Shown here: positions 1 to 13,895 of the stretch, piece after piece
Layout of the letters: each line of letters opens with the position of its first letter
Numbering within the stretch: position 1 is the first letter of the stretch
Notes under the pieces: model-generated
Databases searched by the model: none
The model's input: only the letters and a program-made list of their open reading frames with translations
What the model was told of the DNA's origin: nothing
Translations under genes and position numbers: made by a program
Assembly (NCBI GenBank): GCA_951406725.2
Contig: OX597815.1
Span: 205,468,001-205,532,000 of the forward strand
Length of the DNA stretch: 64,000 bases
Source: Octopus vulgaris
Lineage: Eukaryota
Reading direction: 5' to 3'

Positions 1-289
1 ATATGAGCTGGGGAATGTGGGAGAAAGGAAGTGATGGGTGACAGTACAGAAAAGGATGAAGAGCTGTAGAATGGCATTGATAATACATGAGGAAGACAAC
101 TGTACAAAGAAGTGAAGATCACTTAATGTGGTTAGAGCTTGTGGAATAGAGAGACCCAAGAAGACATGGGATGAAGTAGTGAAGGCTGATCCCTGAACCT
201 TGAACATCATGGAGGAGATGACAACAGATTGGGATGACTGCTTAAGAAGACCTGTCCATCTTGTTGAAGCTGAGATTCAAGAAGCACTG

Positions 290-322
<33 letters not shown>

Positions 323-814
323 GAGTTCATGGCTGTTTCCTGCACCAGCTTCACATAGAAGCTCCAGCCCATCCAAAGTACCTTGGATTGCAGAAGACCT
401 GCTGTGCTTACCTTGGATCATAGGGCAACCTGCTGTGCTCGAGGAGACCTATTGAGTCAAGTACATTAACATCAAAAAATCAAATGGAAATTGTAGCTGT
501 GATACCTGTGCCAGTGGCATGTAAAAAGCACCATCCAAACGTGGCCGATGCCAGCGCCGCCTTGACTGGCTTCCGTACCAGTGACATGTAGAAAGCACCA
601 ACCGATTGTAGCCGTTGCCAACCTCTCGTGGCACGTAAAAAGCACCCACTACACTCATGGAGTGGTTGTCATTAGGAAGGGCATCCAGCTGTAGAAACAC
701 TGCCAGATCAGACTGGAGCCTGGTGCAGCCTTCTGGCTTCCCAGACCCCGGTTGAACCATCCAACTCATGCTAGTATGGAGAACGGACGTTAAATGATGA
801 TGATGATGATGATG
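1..814 (+). mobile_element. 3' end of RTE-like LINE: degenerate RT C-terminus, modular 3' UTR and (GAT)n tail
   Basis: GRPxKTW-like remnant near 150-190; GTGCCAGTGGCAC/AAAAAGCACC modules; ...aggaagggcatccagc...ggacgttaaa(tga)n end shared with many other copies. Confidence 0.65.
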
Positions 815-974
815 CATATAAATATTCTATATATATGCAAACAAACAAAAAAAAAGGCACTCAACACATTACTGAATAATCTGAGCCAGGTTTCTGTTAG
901 AAGCCTGCGAAACTTTAAGTCACATGGAACCGAATCAGACTGTTATAAATAATAATAACAATGTTGGTAGTCCA

Positions 975-2110
975 TTGGTATCCAATGATGATAAAGTCTT
1001 GTGTTCTCAGCGATGAGAGTACATGTGATTCTGCAGTCCACAGCTGGAAGCACGCAGACACCCACAGCTGTTACAACAATAGTTTGTTGACTGGATTGAG
1101 ACGGATGCTCACAATGTCTTTCTGTTGCAGCAGTGATACGCTGTCACTGGTCCTCTTCAAAGGCAGTTGCTGCTCATGAGTTGAGAGGCCTCCATGCTGA
1201 TCTGTCTGTGGTAGAGGCTTCAAGTTCACTCCATTTCAGGTTGCTTTTCGGGACGTCCTCATGCCACAGTTTAGGACTTCCTTTTTGCATGAGCCCGGAG
1301 AGAGCTCATCATACAACAGCTGTTTGGACACGTGGCTATCAGTGATTCTGATGACATGGCTAGTCCATCGTAACTGAGTCTTCAGCAACATTGACTCAAT
1401 GCTTGTTGAACCAGCTCTGTCCTGCACTTTCAGGTTTGTCACTCTGTCCTGCCAGCGAATGCCCATGATCCTGTACAGTGCCCTTGTGTGAAACTGTTCC
1501 AGCTGTTTGATGTGCCGGTGGTATGGGGTCCATGTTTCACTTCCATATAGTTGTGTAGAGATGACTACAGCTTTGTCGACAATCCTTTCTGCTGGAGGAA
1601 TTTCATTTTCAGTCTTCCGAGTGCTGGATTGGCCTTGTGGGATTCTGGATGAGATTTTGTTGTCTGGTGATCCATCAGCTGAAATTGTGCTGCTAAGGTA
1701 CTTGAAGCTCTCCATTCACTTCAGCTGGACTCACTCAATAGTGATGTTTGACTGGGGGAAAAATTGTGTTCGGAGCTGCTTGGACTAGAACTTACATTTT
1801 CTCAAGGCTGATGGCCAGTTCAAAGAGCCTTGATGTTTCCATGAAGCAATCAACAATGGTCTGTGGGTGCTTTCCTTTGTGTGCCATAAGGGCTCAATCA
1901 TCTTCAAAAACTTCAGTGATGAGCTTTTCCACTGTGTTTGAGCAGAGAGTCTGCGGAGGTCAAAAACAGAGCTGTGAGAGATATTTGATGTACATGCCCA
2001 GGTCTAAGTCATACACTGTGTAGTGTAGTACTTACACAAAGAAGAAGTTGGACAAGAGTGGGTGGTAGGGTGAGTACGCATCCCTGTTTCATGTTACTGG
2101 AGATGTTGAA
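975..2110 (-). mobile_element. Degenerate RTE-clade LINE reverse transcriptase fragment
   Basis: ORF 1236-1715 reads FKYLSSTIS..ISSRI..LYGSETWT..LEQFH..IMGIRWQDRVTN..QLRW..HVIR..KQLLY.EL, with frameshifts. Confidence 0.85.
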
Positions 2111-4323
2111 ATAATAATAATAATATATGTGTGTGTGCTGTCTATGACACTAATCCAATACTGTAGTCATTTATAATCAGAACTGGTACATATCACTTCC
2201 TACTACCTGTTACCCCCTGGAACCACTTCCATCCCTCAATCTTATCATCATCCCTTCCTACATTATTTTCTCTTACCACCACCGTTCTGTGCCTTCAGTT
2301 ATTTCTCCCCACCCCCTCTGCCATACCACATCTCAACACCTCACATATCTGCTAACATTCTTAATGCCCTCCATGTCTGCCATCATATAATCCCACTCTC
2401 TAGAACCACCCTTATGTACCTCTATATCTCCTTCCTCTCCATTCCTACACCTTGCACATCTTCCCCCTACTTTCTGATCTGTCTTCCTTACTGAGCCACT
2501 TCTAATCTTCCATGTTACCATTCCCCTTTCTCCATACTGGTATTTCCCATTAACCATACGTCCACCTGTCCACCTTCGTTCATCTCTCATCTCTAATCAT
2601 CTCTTATGAAACTACCAACCCTCCCCTTCCCCCTTGATTCACTGTTTATATCTTATGCTCATCTTCTTGTATCTTCTAAGGTCGCTCTAGCACCTGACCA
2701 TGACCATGTTTATCTTCTTCCCAGCAACTCCCACCCTTATATAATGCTTGGTATCTTCCCTATAGCAAGATACTTGTGCTTATTCCCCTATTGTACTTCA
2801 GCTTCTCAGCACTAGCCGCTCAACAGCTCCACTCTCAAATACTCCCTCCACTTAGTGGGGCGGGTATTTGGCAACCTCATTTGTGTTGAGAAACCAAAAA
2901 AAAAGCACCCAGCACACATTGTAAAGTGGTTGACATTAGAAAGGGCATCCAATCGTAGTAACCATACCAAAACTGACAATGGAGCTCAATGCAGCCCTGC
3001 AGCTTGCCAAATCCTGTCCATCCACCCAACCCATACCTGCATGGAAAATGGATATTAAATGATGATGATGATGGTTGTGTGTGTGTTTCTGTCACTGTAT
3101 CATACTTTAACCTCTCATCACTTAGCATAAAGCCACCTCCCTCAAATTAGTAAGAAACTCTAGGAAGAGCTGAACAACAAAAGGCTTTCAGAGAATAAGC
3201 CCCACCTCATGCAAGTACTTCGATCCAAACAATCTAAGGGGACAGGACCACAACCAGATTATGACTCCTGGATACCCCTCTGCTGCTACATTCTGTACTA
3301 TTGTGTGCTTTGCAACCCTCCTGACTGGTTAAGGTGCCTCAGATCCAAGGTTGAGTGTTATAACAAGTTCAGTCTGAGACATCAGTTGACTGCAGGGTAA
3401 ATCATGCCTTATGAATCTCACTTCCATTCTTTCTTAACCATACAAAGTTGGAACTCTTCTCAGCTACTTCTGCCATTGCTTTAAGAACTTTGGTTCTCTC
3501 TCTCCCATAGGATCATAAACAGATTTGCCCACAATCCCTCTTGCACTCATACCTCCAAGGGGGTGTGGACTTTGGTTTGCAAGGCAGATCCTCTATGTCT
3601 AATGGCTAAACTGTCATATTTTTTAGCCTTGTTGATGTGAGCTTCCTCCTTCCAGTTTTCAGATGACTGAGTTAGTTCAAGCAGAATCACTTGTTTTGAT
3701 GAAAGTGAGCTGAGTACAATATCCAGTCTCATACCAGTCCTGGTGATTTTTCCATTCTGGAAAGTCTGCTGAGCACTCCTAGTTATCAACTCCATCCAGT
3801 AGATCCTGCTTTCATGATCCAATTTGCAGCTGTTCCAGGCCACAGTTTTTTACAACCTGCTGTCTAGAACATCAGTGGAGCTTCCAATGACATCATCTTC
3901 TTTCCCATGATGCAAATCACATGTAAGATCTTCAAGTACTTGATTATACCTCCATGAGTGTCTCCCTTGGGTTAATGCATAAGCTCAGGACATGTTCCAC
4001 TGATTGTTTGCCTTAGCAGAATGGGCTTGTAGGGTTATCTAATTTCCACCACCTCACCAGGTCTGTATTTGAGGGCAGGAGATCATATGCAGACCTGAAG
4101 AGAAAGCTAACACCAAGAGGAGCCATATGTCATTCCAGCTGAAATTTCTTTGGAGCGCACTCTCCCACATTGTCCACTGTTCCAGTTAGTTCTTCTGGAA
4201 TCTCTTGGCATCCTCTTCTCCCACACTTGTTAAATTGCCATGTCTCACTTTGAACTTCACTCCATTGAGTCTAGTATCCACCTTTTGGTCTGAGTATGTC
4301 CCATTATTTTCCTGAATTCAAAG

Positions 4324-4692
4324 GTGGGACGTAAAAAGCACCACCCGACCGTGTCCATTGCCAGCGCCGCTCCGACTGACCTCCGTGCCAGTGGTACGTT
4401 AAAAGCACCATCCAATCGTGGCCGTTGCCAGCCTCGCCTGGCCCCCGTGCCGGTGGCACGTAAAAAACACCATCCAATTGTGGCCATTTGCCAGCCCCGT
4501 CTGGCACCTGTGCGGGTGGCACGTAAAAAGCACCCACTACACTCACGGAGTGGTTGGCGTTAGGAAGGGCATCCAGCCGTAGAAACACTGCCAGATCAGA
4601 CTGGGCCTGGTGCAGCCTTCTAGCTTCCCAGACCCCAGTTGAACCATCCAACCCATGCTAGCATGGAAAGCGGACGCTAAATGATGATGATG
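4324..4692 (+). mobile_element. RTE-related 3' fragment or SINE with (GAT)n tail
   Basis: Modular GGTGGCACGTAAAAAGCAC units plus the conserved tail. Related copies at about 2890-3073, 5101-5508, 6228-6659, 19060-19393, 31318-31683, 37483-37617 (+) and 9659-9776, 30662-30930, 46330-46595, 58205-58363 (-). Confidence 0.8.
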
Positions 4693-6227
4693 AAAGCTCT
4701 TTTTTTATTGCATTCACTGCTTCCTGAATCTTCGATTTCTTGCCAGTTCTCAGCTTAGGTTGAATTGATCTTATGACCTCACCTAAAACCTCAAGCATAT
4801 ACAAAAGCCTTACTTTTCACGCCTTGTATTCTTCCTCGATGGACTTCAGGGATAGCTTCAGCTTTGCTTGGCAACAGTTGAAAGTAATACCAGTGAGATC
4901 AGGTGGGACACCAACTCATTTCCTGGTGTATTTATTAATTTTGGGCTCCATCATTTCCATGACCAAGACGTTTGGAAATATGCTGTGCTTCAAAAGGCCC
5001 GGCAAGCCAAATGAGACCATAACCTCGTGGTCTATGCCAGGGGCGTTACCAGCCCACTTATGTATACCTTTTCCTTCTTTGGACACTAAACTATGCTTGT
5101 GAAGACCTGTTGAGGCAAGTGAAATCAAAATAAATTCGATGACTGGCATCCGTGCTAGTGGGGTGCAAAGAGCACCATACGAGCATGATCGCTGACATAG
5201 CAGCTAACTGGCTTCCGTGCCAGTGGCACGTAGAAGGCACTATTCAAGCGTGATCGTTACCAGCATCGCCTTACTGACACCTGTGCTAGTGGCATGTGTA
5301 AAAAGATTCGAGTGAGGTCGTTGCCAGTACCACCTGACTGGCCCCTGTGCTGCGGAGTGGTTGGCGTTAGGAAGGGCATCCAGCTGTAGAAACTTTGCCA
5401 GATCAAGATTGGAGCTTGGTGCAGCCATCTGGTTCGCCAACCCTCAGTCAAATCATCCAACCCATGCTAGCATGGAAAGCAGACGTTAAACAATGATGAT
5501 GATGATGATAGTTCATATATCAGCAAAGCTAAAGGAAATTTGGTATCTGCATGAACTGCAGGCACTAAATGTTGCATTTGCTAAAGAGGCCACTTAAGTC
5601 TGTTGCCTGCAAGCTCTCCTCTATCACTTGCTTGGTTTTCTTTCCCTTTTCTGTATCATTCAGGGATGTCATCACCCTCCAAAGCCCTTGACTAATTCTT
5701 TTACTACCGTTGAAATGTGTTGGTTGGCTACAGTAAATGAGATTTTATCCACTATTTTCCTTTTCTATGTGAGAGACTCTGTGACTTTGGAGGTTTTGAA
5801 GCTCACTCTTGATGAGTTGACTACTTTGTCTAACTGCTTCAGCATCCTGTGTGTCTCATCTTCCCTTGTGGACAGTGCTGTAGTGTCATCCATAAAGGCT
5901 CTCAGAAGGGGCATTTGCTATATGTTTCCTGGGCCTGCCAGACATTAACCACTCACGACTACCATGAAGATGTCTGTTGTGAAATTCTATATGGAGAAAT
6001 GCATTGAGAAACCATTAAAGCACATCTCCAACATTTCTTGGAAGTCCTTTGGCACATGATTCATCCCAAGAGCCAGTTGGATCATCTTGTGTGGGACTAA
6101 TCCACAAGACATCGAGGTCCTTCCTTTCTGCTCTAGCTCTCTGGATTGCTTGCTAAATAATTGAGGTATGCTCTGTGCATCAAGACACTCCTGGAATGCC
6201 TCCTTTCAGGACTGACATAGTTTTTAT

Positions 6228-6659
6228 CGCCTGGCCCCCATGCCGGTGGCACGTAAAAAGCACCATCCGTTCGTGGCCGTTTGCCAGACTCATTTGGCAC
6301 CACCATCCGTTCGTGGCCGTTGCCAGCGCTGCCCCGACTGGCCCCCCCTGCCGGTGGCACGTAAAAAGCACCATCCGTCCGTGGCTGTTTGCCAGCCTCG
6401 CCTGGCCCCTGTGCCAGTGGCACGTAAAAAGCACCATCCGTCCGTGGCTGTTTGCCAGCTCCGTCTGGCACCTGTGCTGGTGGCACGTAAAAAGCACCCA
6501 CTACACTCACGGAGTGGTTGGCATTAGGAAGGGCATGCAGCCGTAGAAACACTGCCAGATCAGACTGGGCCTGATGCAGCCTTCTGGCTTCACAGACCCC
6601 AGTTGAACCGTCCAACCCATGCTAGCATGGAAAGCGGACGCTAAATGATGATGATGATG
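6228..6659 (+). mobile_element. RTE-related 3' fragment with 4-5 internal modules
   Basis: Repeated roughly 60-bp modules followed by the shared tail and (GAT)n. Confidence 0.8.
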
Positions 6660-9617
6660 AAAGTATTTCGTGTACCTTCCTGCCGTAAGAGATCTTTTCT
6701 CTTCAGCATTCAGAAGCAATGTTGGACTGAACTGATTGATATTACATGAGTTTTCTTGTTTGGGAATATCCACATGAATAGCTATCATCCACTGGTTGCT
6801 GATCTCAGGTTCTTCTCTGCTGACCTTAACTTTTGGAACCACACAAGAAGATTGGGACGCTTTTTATATGGCAGATAAGGAATCTCATTTGGCCCAGATA
6901 ATGATTTGGTTTTAGCTTTCTGAATAATTTCTTTATTTCACTGAGAGCTGGCAGTTTGTTGTTGAACATTTCCTCTGGCATTGTCTGCCACACCAGACCC
7001 TGGATCTCAAGTGATGCCTTACAAAGAGAATCAGAATAAGTTTTCTTCAGATACTGTTCAAATGTTTCTTTATTTACTGTGAGTGTCCCAGATAGATTTT
7101 GGCTGCTTACATTGTTTCTTGGCAAATTGGAAGGGGCTCCTGAAGAAGTGATCTTGGGTCTTCTTTATACTTCTCTTTCTCTCTGATTCTGCTCTTCTGA
7201 AAGGAATTGTGTTTTGCTTTCAAATATTTCTAAAGCTTCTCCTGACCTGAAATCTGATCTCCATTCACCTTTGTTTCTTGACATCCCTTTTCTTTCTCCT
7301 GATGGATTTATGAGGAAGTGTTTTTATTCTTGGTAATTTTATCCGACAGGTGTCCCTACAGGTTACATAAACAGTATCACTAAATGTACCTAGTTTGTGT
7401 TTCAGGTGAGCTTCCGATATTTGGTGTGAAGGGTCTGTGCAAATTCCTTATCTAAATCAGGAGCACAGATGTTCTTGGCACTGTGGTGTGGATCCTGACC
7501 TTGAACATCCCGTGTGGGTCTTGCATACACACATACAAGGTGCATTAAAAAATTATTCAACTTTATTCTTTCCTTCCGAAACTAATGCCACCCTTCCTTG
7601 CACATGCATGGAAATTTTTGCGCTGGTTGGCCACATCAGTTCCTAGCTGTTACACCTAGAGTACAAACATAGCATGTTCATAAAAATTTCTGTAGTCCTC
7701 CCCCTATCATGTGCATACTTTAACATCATATATATTGTACTTACACATACTCATGTACACTACACAAACTCTAAGTAGCCATACATATATGCATACTCAT
7801 ATCCGTTCACTACGGCACTGAAGTGAGCATATAAGTGCATTCACACATAGACAAGTACCTCCATATTATCATATTATACAACAACCAAACTTCCTAAAGT
7901 TACACTGTTGAAAGCTAGCATTTAAGTTTGTTGGTATTCACAAAACAATGGTAGATTATCTAAGCTTGTTCAGTAAGTACCTTTAGTCCTGAAAGTAAAC
8001 TTGATTTACTTGGTCCACAGTTCTATGTATACATGTGTGTGTAGGTAAATGTGTGTATATTTGTGTCTCCTTGTCTTGACATTGTGTGTTGGTTGTAACT
8101 TGTCTGATCATGGGAATATTACTTGACTTGGACAGAGGTGAGGGTTGAAGATGAGAATGCTACCTGACTGTAGAAAATCTTTCTCAATAAATTCCATTTG
8201 GCCCATGGAAGCATGGACAAGTGAACCTTAAACTGATGATGATGATGAGACACACACACATTTTTTTGTTTCAGTCATTTGACTGTGGCCATGCTGGAGC
8301 ACTGCCTTGAAGGATTTTAGTCAAACAAATTGACTCCAGGACTTATCTTTTTATAGCCTGACACTTATTCTGTTGGTCTCTTTTACCAAACCATGAAGTT
8401 ACAGGGATGTAAACTCACCAACACTGGTTGTCAAGCAGTGATGGGGTAACAAAGATGAACCGCTTGTGAGAGTGGTTCAACCTTGTAAAATTTAGTGTAT
8501 ATGTGGCTATATTGCCTGAATCCATCTTTATCATCAATCTCTTTACTATAATCCTTGAGAAAGTTCAAAATGCAGAATTATAGAGAAGATCAAACCCAGT
8601 ACATTCTTGTTAAGTGTGTTAAAAAGGGAGTAAACAAGAACTCAGTTTACTGTGTATTCAATATTAGAAATGGGTACATAATAGTTTTAGTAGAATCTCG
8701 AGCAGGTTGACATGGAACCAGGACTTTAGAATTACAAGGATAGTAGCAGCAAGGACACCTGTATAATGTGCACTGCTCAGATGGCTTATTAGAAGTAACA
8801 GATAACTTCTGTCACCTAAGCAACTTACCATATTTTAACGGGTATAAGGAATCCCCTAATTTGGGGGGCTAAAAATTTGGAAAAATGGTTTTGTAAAGGA
8901 TTATAATACTGTCCATGTATAAGAAACTCCCATATTTTTTAAACCTAATTTTTGATAAAAAAGGGTTCCTTATACATGTTAAAATACAGTAATTAGTACT
9001 GCTGATGGTTGTAAGAAATGTGGTAAGGAAGGACTTGCTGTATGGCAGAATACAGAGGCCAAAAAAATGAGTTTGATATGTAATGTTAAGTTGTATCAAA
9101 CGATTGGAGTGCAACTGAGGTGAGAAAGTAAATGGATTTCAAATACTCTGGCTGATATGTGTAGAAGAAATGGTTGGACTAACAATGTCAAAAGTGGCGT
9201 ATACCAGTGATGGAGAGTCTCACGAAGGCAATGACAAGTGACCAAGACCTTTGGTGATTCACTTTACTTGAGAGGACATACCAAGCTAAGTGAAATTGTG
9301 TCATACAATACATGTAAAAGACACCCAGTACACTCTGGAGTGGTTGGTGTTAGGAAGGGCATCCAGCCATAGAATCAAAACAAACTGGAGCCCAGTGCAG
9401 CTCTCAGTCAAATTATCTTACCATCTTACTCACGCTAGCATGAAAAACAAATACTAAATGATGATGTGGTAGAGGAGGAAGAGGTGGAATACACAAAGAC
9501 AAAGTGAGGTGAGGTTTTGTGGTACAAAGCCTCACATAATTATAAGAAATGGTCATATCTTGTATAGTAAATCTGTCTGACCTTCCAACTTTGACAAACA
9601 GGTGGTAAAATAATGAT

Positions 9618-9963
9618 TTAACCTTTTTCTTACCACATTTCTGTTGAAATATACTATATCGTCGTCATCATCATTTAACGTCCGCTTTCCATGCTAGCAT
9701 GGGTTGGACGATTTGACTGAGGACTGGCGAACCAGATGGCTGCACCAGGCTCCAATCTGATCTGGCAGACTTTCTACCTTTGTTTAAATTAGTTTTGAAA
9801 ATGATGAAAAATTAAACTAAAATAACTTTGTCATTATTAAGTAGGTGTTTGGAACATAACGAGAATTTTTGATGGAATGTTTTAATTTAGATTATTTTAA
9901 AACAAGAAGTTTGTGTCACGGAGCCAGGGGTGCTTCCAAGTGGGTTGATACCAAAAGGATTAA
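9618..9963. mobile_element. piggyBac-like MITE (family B) with a nested RTE tail
   Basis: Degenerate TTAA-CC(C)TTT...AAAGG-TTAA ends; internal similarity to 38027-38249. Confidence 0.6.
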
Positions 9964-10821
9964 TCATCCATTTTTCTGTCTGGTATCGACTGGACTGGTG
10001 AACTATACAGCATTTTTCTCCTTATCTTATCTATGACATCCATTGTGAACTATACGTAATCTTAGGCATCTTTCGTGCTTCAATGCTACTATAATGATTT
10101 ACCTTGCATGTCAAACCAAGTGCAGTTTTCTTAGCTCCAGACTTCCGTCAATAATATCTTCTGTGCCCAACTACTTTATCAATTCATTTGCACTCATCCT
10201 TTTTACACATCCACTGAATCATTCTTAGTTCAATTTCTACTCAGTCTTATGAATTCAGTTTACTGGATCAGTGAATAAAGGATTTGTGTAGTCTAAAAGG
10301 AAAATAACAACCTATAGTGTGGCATATTTGATCTTTTTGTAGATTGTTAGTAAGTGCTTATGGCTAAAGAAATAATCAGATTTTGTTGTAGTCTGTTAAC
10401 ATCAAGAAGCTTCCATGTGGTCACTCAACCTGTTGAAAATTGTCTCTAACTCTCCCTCAGATCACATCCTATTGTCTTAAATAAGGAAAAGCCACATTAA
10501 ATAATGTAGTGCATCTGGGTGGTCATGGCATGAATGTCTGCTATTAAGTGTGCTTAATGAAGGTTGACCTAGGGCTGAATACCAACTACATGAAGCTTAA
10601 CAAAGAAAAAAAAAATGATCAGTATATATGAGTTTTAGTTTGTGACTGCTTTAATTAAATGTTGTATATTTCTTTGAAATATATAACATCTACATTGAAT
10701 TGATGATAAAGAATTAGTGAATGATCTGCTCCCCATTGGATGATGACTATCAGGAGCTGTTGCTATTTTAGAGGAAGGTGGTGGGATTGTGGGTTAATTG
10801 GATGGATGAGGTTTCTTTTAT

Positions 10822-11045
10822 CAGGAAGCTGGCAGAAACGTTAGCACGCCGGGCGAAATGCGTAGCCGTATTTCGTCTGTCGTTACGTTCTGAGTTCAAA
10901 TTCCGCCGAGGTCGACTTTGCCTTTCATCCTTTCGGGGTCGATAAATAAAGTACCAGTTACGCACTGGGGTTGATGTAATCGACTAAATCCCTTTGTCTG
11001 TCCTTGTTTGTCCCCTCTATGTTTAGCCCCTTGTGGGTAGTAAAG

Positions 11046-11050
<5 letters not shown>
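10822..11050 (+). mobile_element. tRNA-derived SINE (family M)
   Basis: A-box-like GCTGGCAGAA, B-box-like GAGTTCAAATTC and central GCCTTTCATCCTTTCGGGGTCGATAAA. Other copies at 23042-23253 (-), 34952-35182 (+), 38300-38541 (+), plus many decayed ones. Confidence 0.85.
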
Positions 11051-11093
<43 letters not shown>

Positions 11094-11547
11094 AAAGCTA
11101 TTTCTTATTTATAGAATGCCAATGATTAAGCATAGGTACAGGCATGGCTGTGTGGTTCAGAAGTTTGCTTCCCAACCACATAGTTTCGGGTTCAGTCCCA
11201 CTGCATAACACCACTCCAGGTTGACCTAAGCCTTGTGAATGGATTTGTAAGCTGAAAGAAGCTTGTGTGTCTGATAGTTTCCTTAACCTTACATTGCATG
11301 ACAGTTCCAAACAGATGTTACCATTATGCAAATGATGTCCTTTTCAATCGTTTGATCATCATCATCGTTTACCATCCGTTTTCCATGCTTGCATGGGTTG
11401 GACGGAGCATGGATTACCTTGCTTCAAAACAGTGAAATTTAGTGACAGGAAGAGGATTCAGCAAGAGAAAATTTACCTCAACAAATTCCATTCACCCATG
11501 CAAGCGTGGAAAAGTGGATATTAAAATGGTAATGATGATTAGAAGTG

Positions 11548-11890
11548 AAGGCGCATGGCTCAGTGGTTACAGCGTTGGGCTCACAATCATGAGGTAGTGA
11601 GTTTGATTCCTGGATCAGGTTGTGTGTTTTGTTCTTGAGCAAGACACTTTATTTTATATTCACTCAGCTGTAGAAATGAGTTGCGCCATCACTGGTGCCG
11701 AGCTGCATCAGCCTTTGCCTTTCCCTTGGATAGCATCAGTTGCACGGAGTGGGGAGACTGGTATACATCGGCAACTGTTGATCTTCCATAGACAGCCTTG
11801 CCTAGATTGTGCCTGAGAGAGGAACTTTCTAGGTGCAATCCCATGGTCATTCATGACCAAAGCGGGTCTTTACTCTTTTACCCTTGATAA
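11548..11890 (+). mobile_element. tRNA-derived SINE (distinct family)
   Basis: GGCGCATGGCTCAGTGGTT...GAGTTTGATTCC head followed by a CORE-like cttgagcaagacactt segment. Confidence 0.6.
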
Positions 11891-13895
11891 CTTGTGTTTA
11901 TTTTTTTTTTACTTGCTGGTTTTGGAGCAAGGGGTAGTGTTCCAGATCTCAAGCTCTCCTAAACTGGTGAAATTGATACCTTTTGACTCTTTGCTTGTCA
12001 TCATATGTGGGGGAAAAAGGAAAGAGGAAATCCCAGAGAGTTAATGTTCTGGAATGGAAGGAAGGACTCAGTATAGTAATTAGTGCAGGACCTGGGGTGT
12101 TTGGACACAACAAAGGGGATTAGCAGATGTTGGGCAAGTAGAACATAAAATCCTGAAAGAGGATGGCCTGAGGGTAGTCTGCTCTGAGGATCCAAGGCTA
12201 TTATGATGGCAGCAGAAAAGGCAGAGGCAAGGAGACAATGAGCCAGAGCTGGAGCATGTCTAAGTAATTTTAAGCCAATCAGTCAGATGGCTTTTTTTTC
12301 TGGATGTGGCCTAGGATGTCCATGTGTGCAGCAGCTACATTGTCTTAGATGCGAGTACAATACTTCATTATGACCTGCACTTGTGATTTGTAGAGTGTCA
12401 GCAATCGCTGTAGGCTGAAGTAATCATCATTTAATGCCCTCCTTCCATGCTGGCATAGGTTAGATGGTTTGACAGGAGCTGGCAAGTGAGGGGACTACCC
12501 CAGGTTGTACTGCATGTTTTGGCATGTGGCTGGATGCCCTTCCTAATGCTAACCACTTTGCAGAGTGTACTCAGTGTTTATATATATGGCACCAAGAGCC
12601 AGTAAGATCACCAAGTAACTGAGGCGGGGCATAGTATTAAGGGAGGTGGCTTTGTGCCAGGTAATGAATAGAGGAGCAGAAATGGATGTCTTGCAGTAGA
12701 GGGAATCCATATCTACTTCAGTTGAAGAGAGAGAAAGGAGGATGATAAGATGGTGAAGGTGTGACAGAGCATGCACTCAAGTTACAGGATAGTGTATATA
12801 AGTGAAGTTGAACCAGGGTTTGAGTAGAGTGAGTGGATGGGTAAGTTTGTAAGATTGCAAAAGGAGAGTGGAAGATGGAAAAGAGGGGACGTGTAGTGAG
12901 TGTATGTATAGTAATTCATGCCTTTGTGGAAGGTGATCATTGTACAGAGAAGGGAATTTAAGGTGATAAAGGAAGTGGTTATTTATAACTTTTCCCATCA
13001 TCTTTGAGAGTTGGAAACAGCAATATGCCTGTAGATAGTAAATTTGGAGAAGATGCCCTACTTGGGGATAAGACATATTGTACAGTCTCACCTGGTTCTC
13101 ACTACCATGGCTAACCACACATTAAATACTTCACCTTTTATTTTTTCTATCCCAAACTGCAGTCCTCTAAAACTCCCCTCTATTTATACTCTCCTACCCT
13201 GATGTAATCTCCAGGGATACAGGCATCCAGCAACAGGACCTCCGTAATGCTATGATGGACTGTGAAGTCTGGCGTAGCATGGTAAATTCCATTGTCTCGA
13301 CCACGGTCGAACAATGATGATGATGATGATTTATATTTCCCCAACAGATATCAACCTGCAGACCTTCAAGCTGAACATCTTCTGCTTCGACCACACCAGT
13401 TTGAGAGAGCTTGCAAAGCACCAGCCTTTATGAGCTCCTCTGTCTTACTCTCTCTTAATGACAGAATAGATTAGCTGGATTGAAGCTTTCTAGGCCCCAC
13501 AACCACCCATGTACATATTGCGTAATCTGTGTCAGTAGATTATAATAAATACATTCAAAGGATGACTGATTAGGAGAGCAGCTCTACAATAAGTGAGTTG
13601 TGAACTCGACTGTCTAGTGACAAATCTTTTCGACATTCTGAATGTTTTATGGATATTTTAATATTTTATGTGTATTACTTGAAAATTGATCTATATAAAA
13701 TTGGCTGCTGTCAATATCAGATCACTCTAAGTGATCATTATTTAAAGTAAATTTCCACCTTTCATCATCATCATCATCATCATCATCGTTTAGCGTCCGC
13801 TTTCCATGCTGGCGTGGGTTGGACAGCTCTTTACTTCAACAAATTATATTAAGCTTAAAGAACTTTTAAAAAATGAAGTTGTGCAATAGATGGAT

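Larger units (their letters stand above)
3400..7400 (-). mobile_element. Degenerate RLE-type (HERO-like) non-LTR retrotransposon interrupted by three RTE-tail insertions
   Basis: Restriction-like endonuclease motif RLDIVL..KQVILLELT..EEAH..K..KY (3547-3843); LTQGRHSWRYNQVL near 3940-3975; RT-like pieces near 4900-6100; upstream ORF remnants to about 7.3 kb. Confidence 0.72.

Noticed and set aside
2180-2850. Pyrimidine-rich block (similar blocks at 12700-13000 and 16430-16760)
   Set aside because: Low complexity or heavily decayed repeat; no motif I can support.
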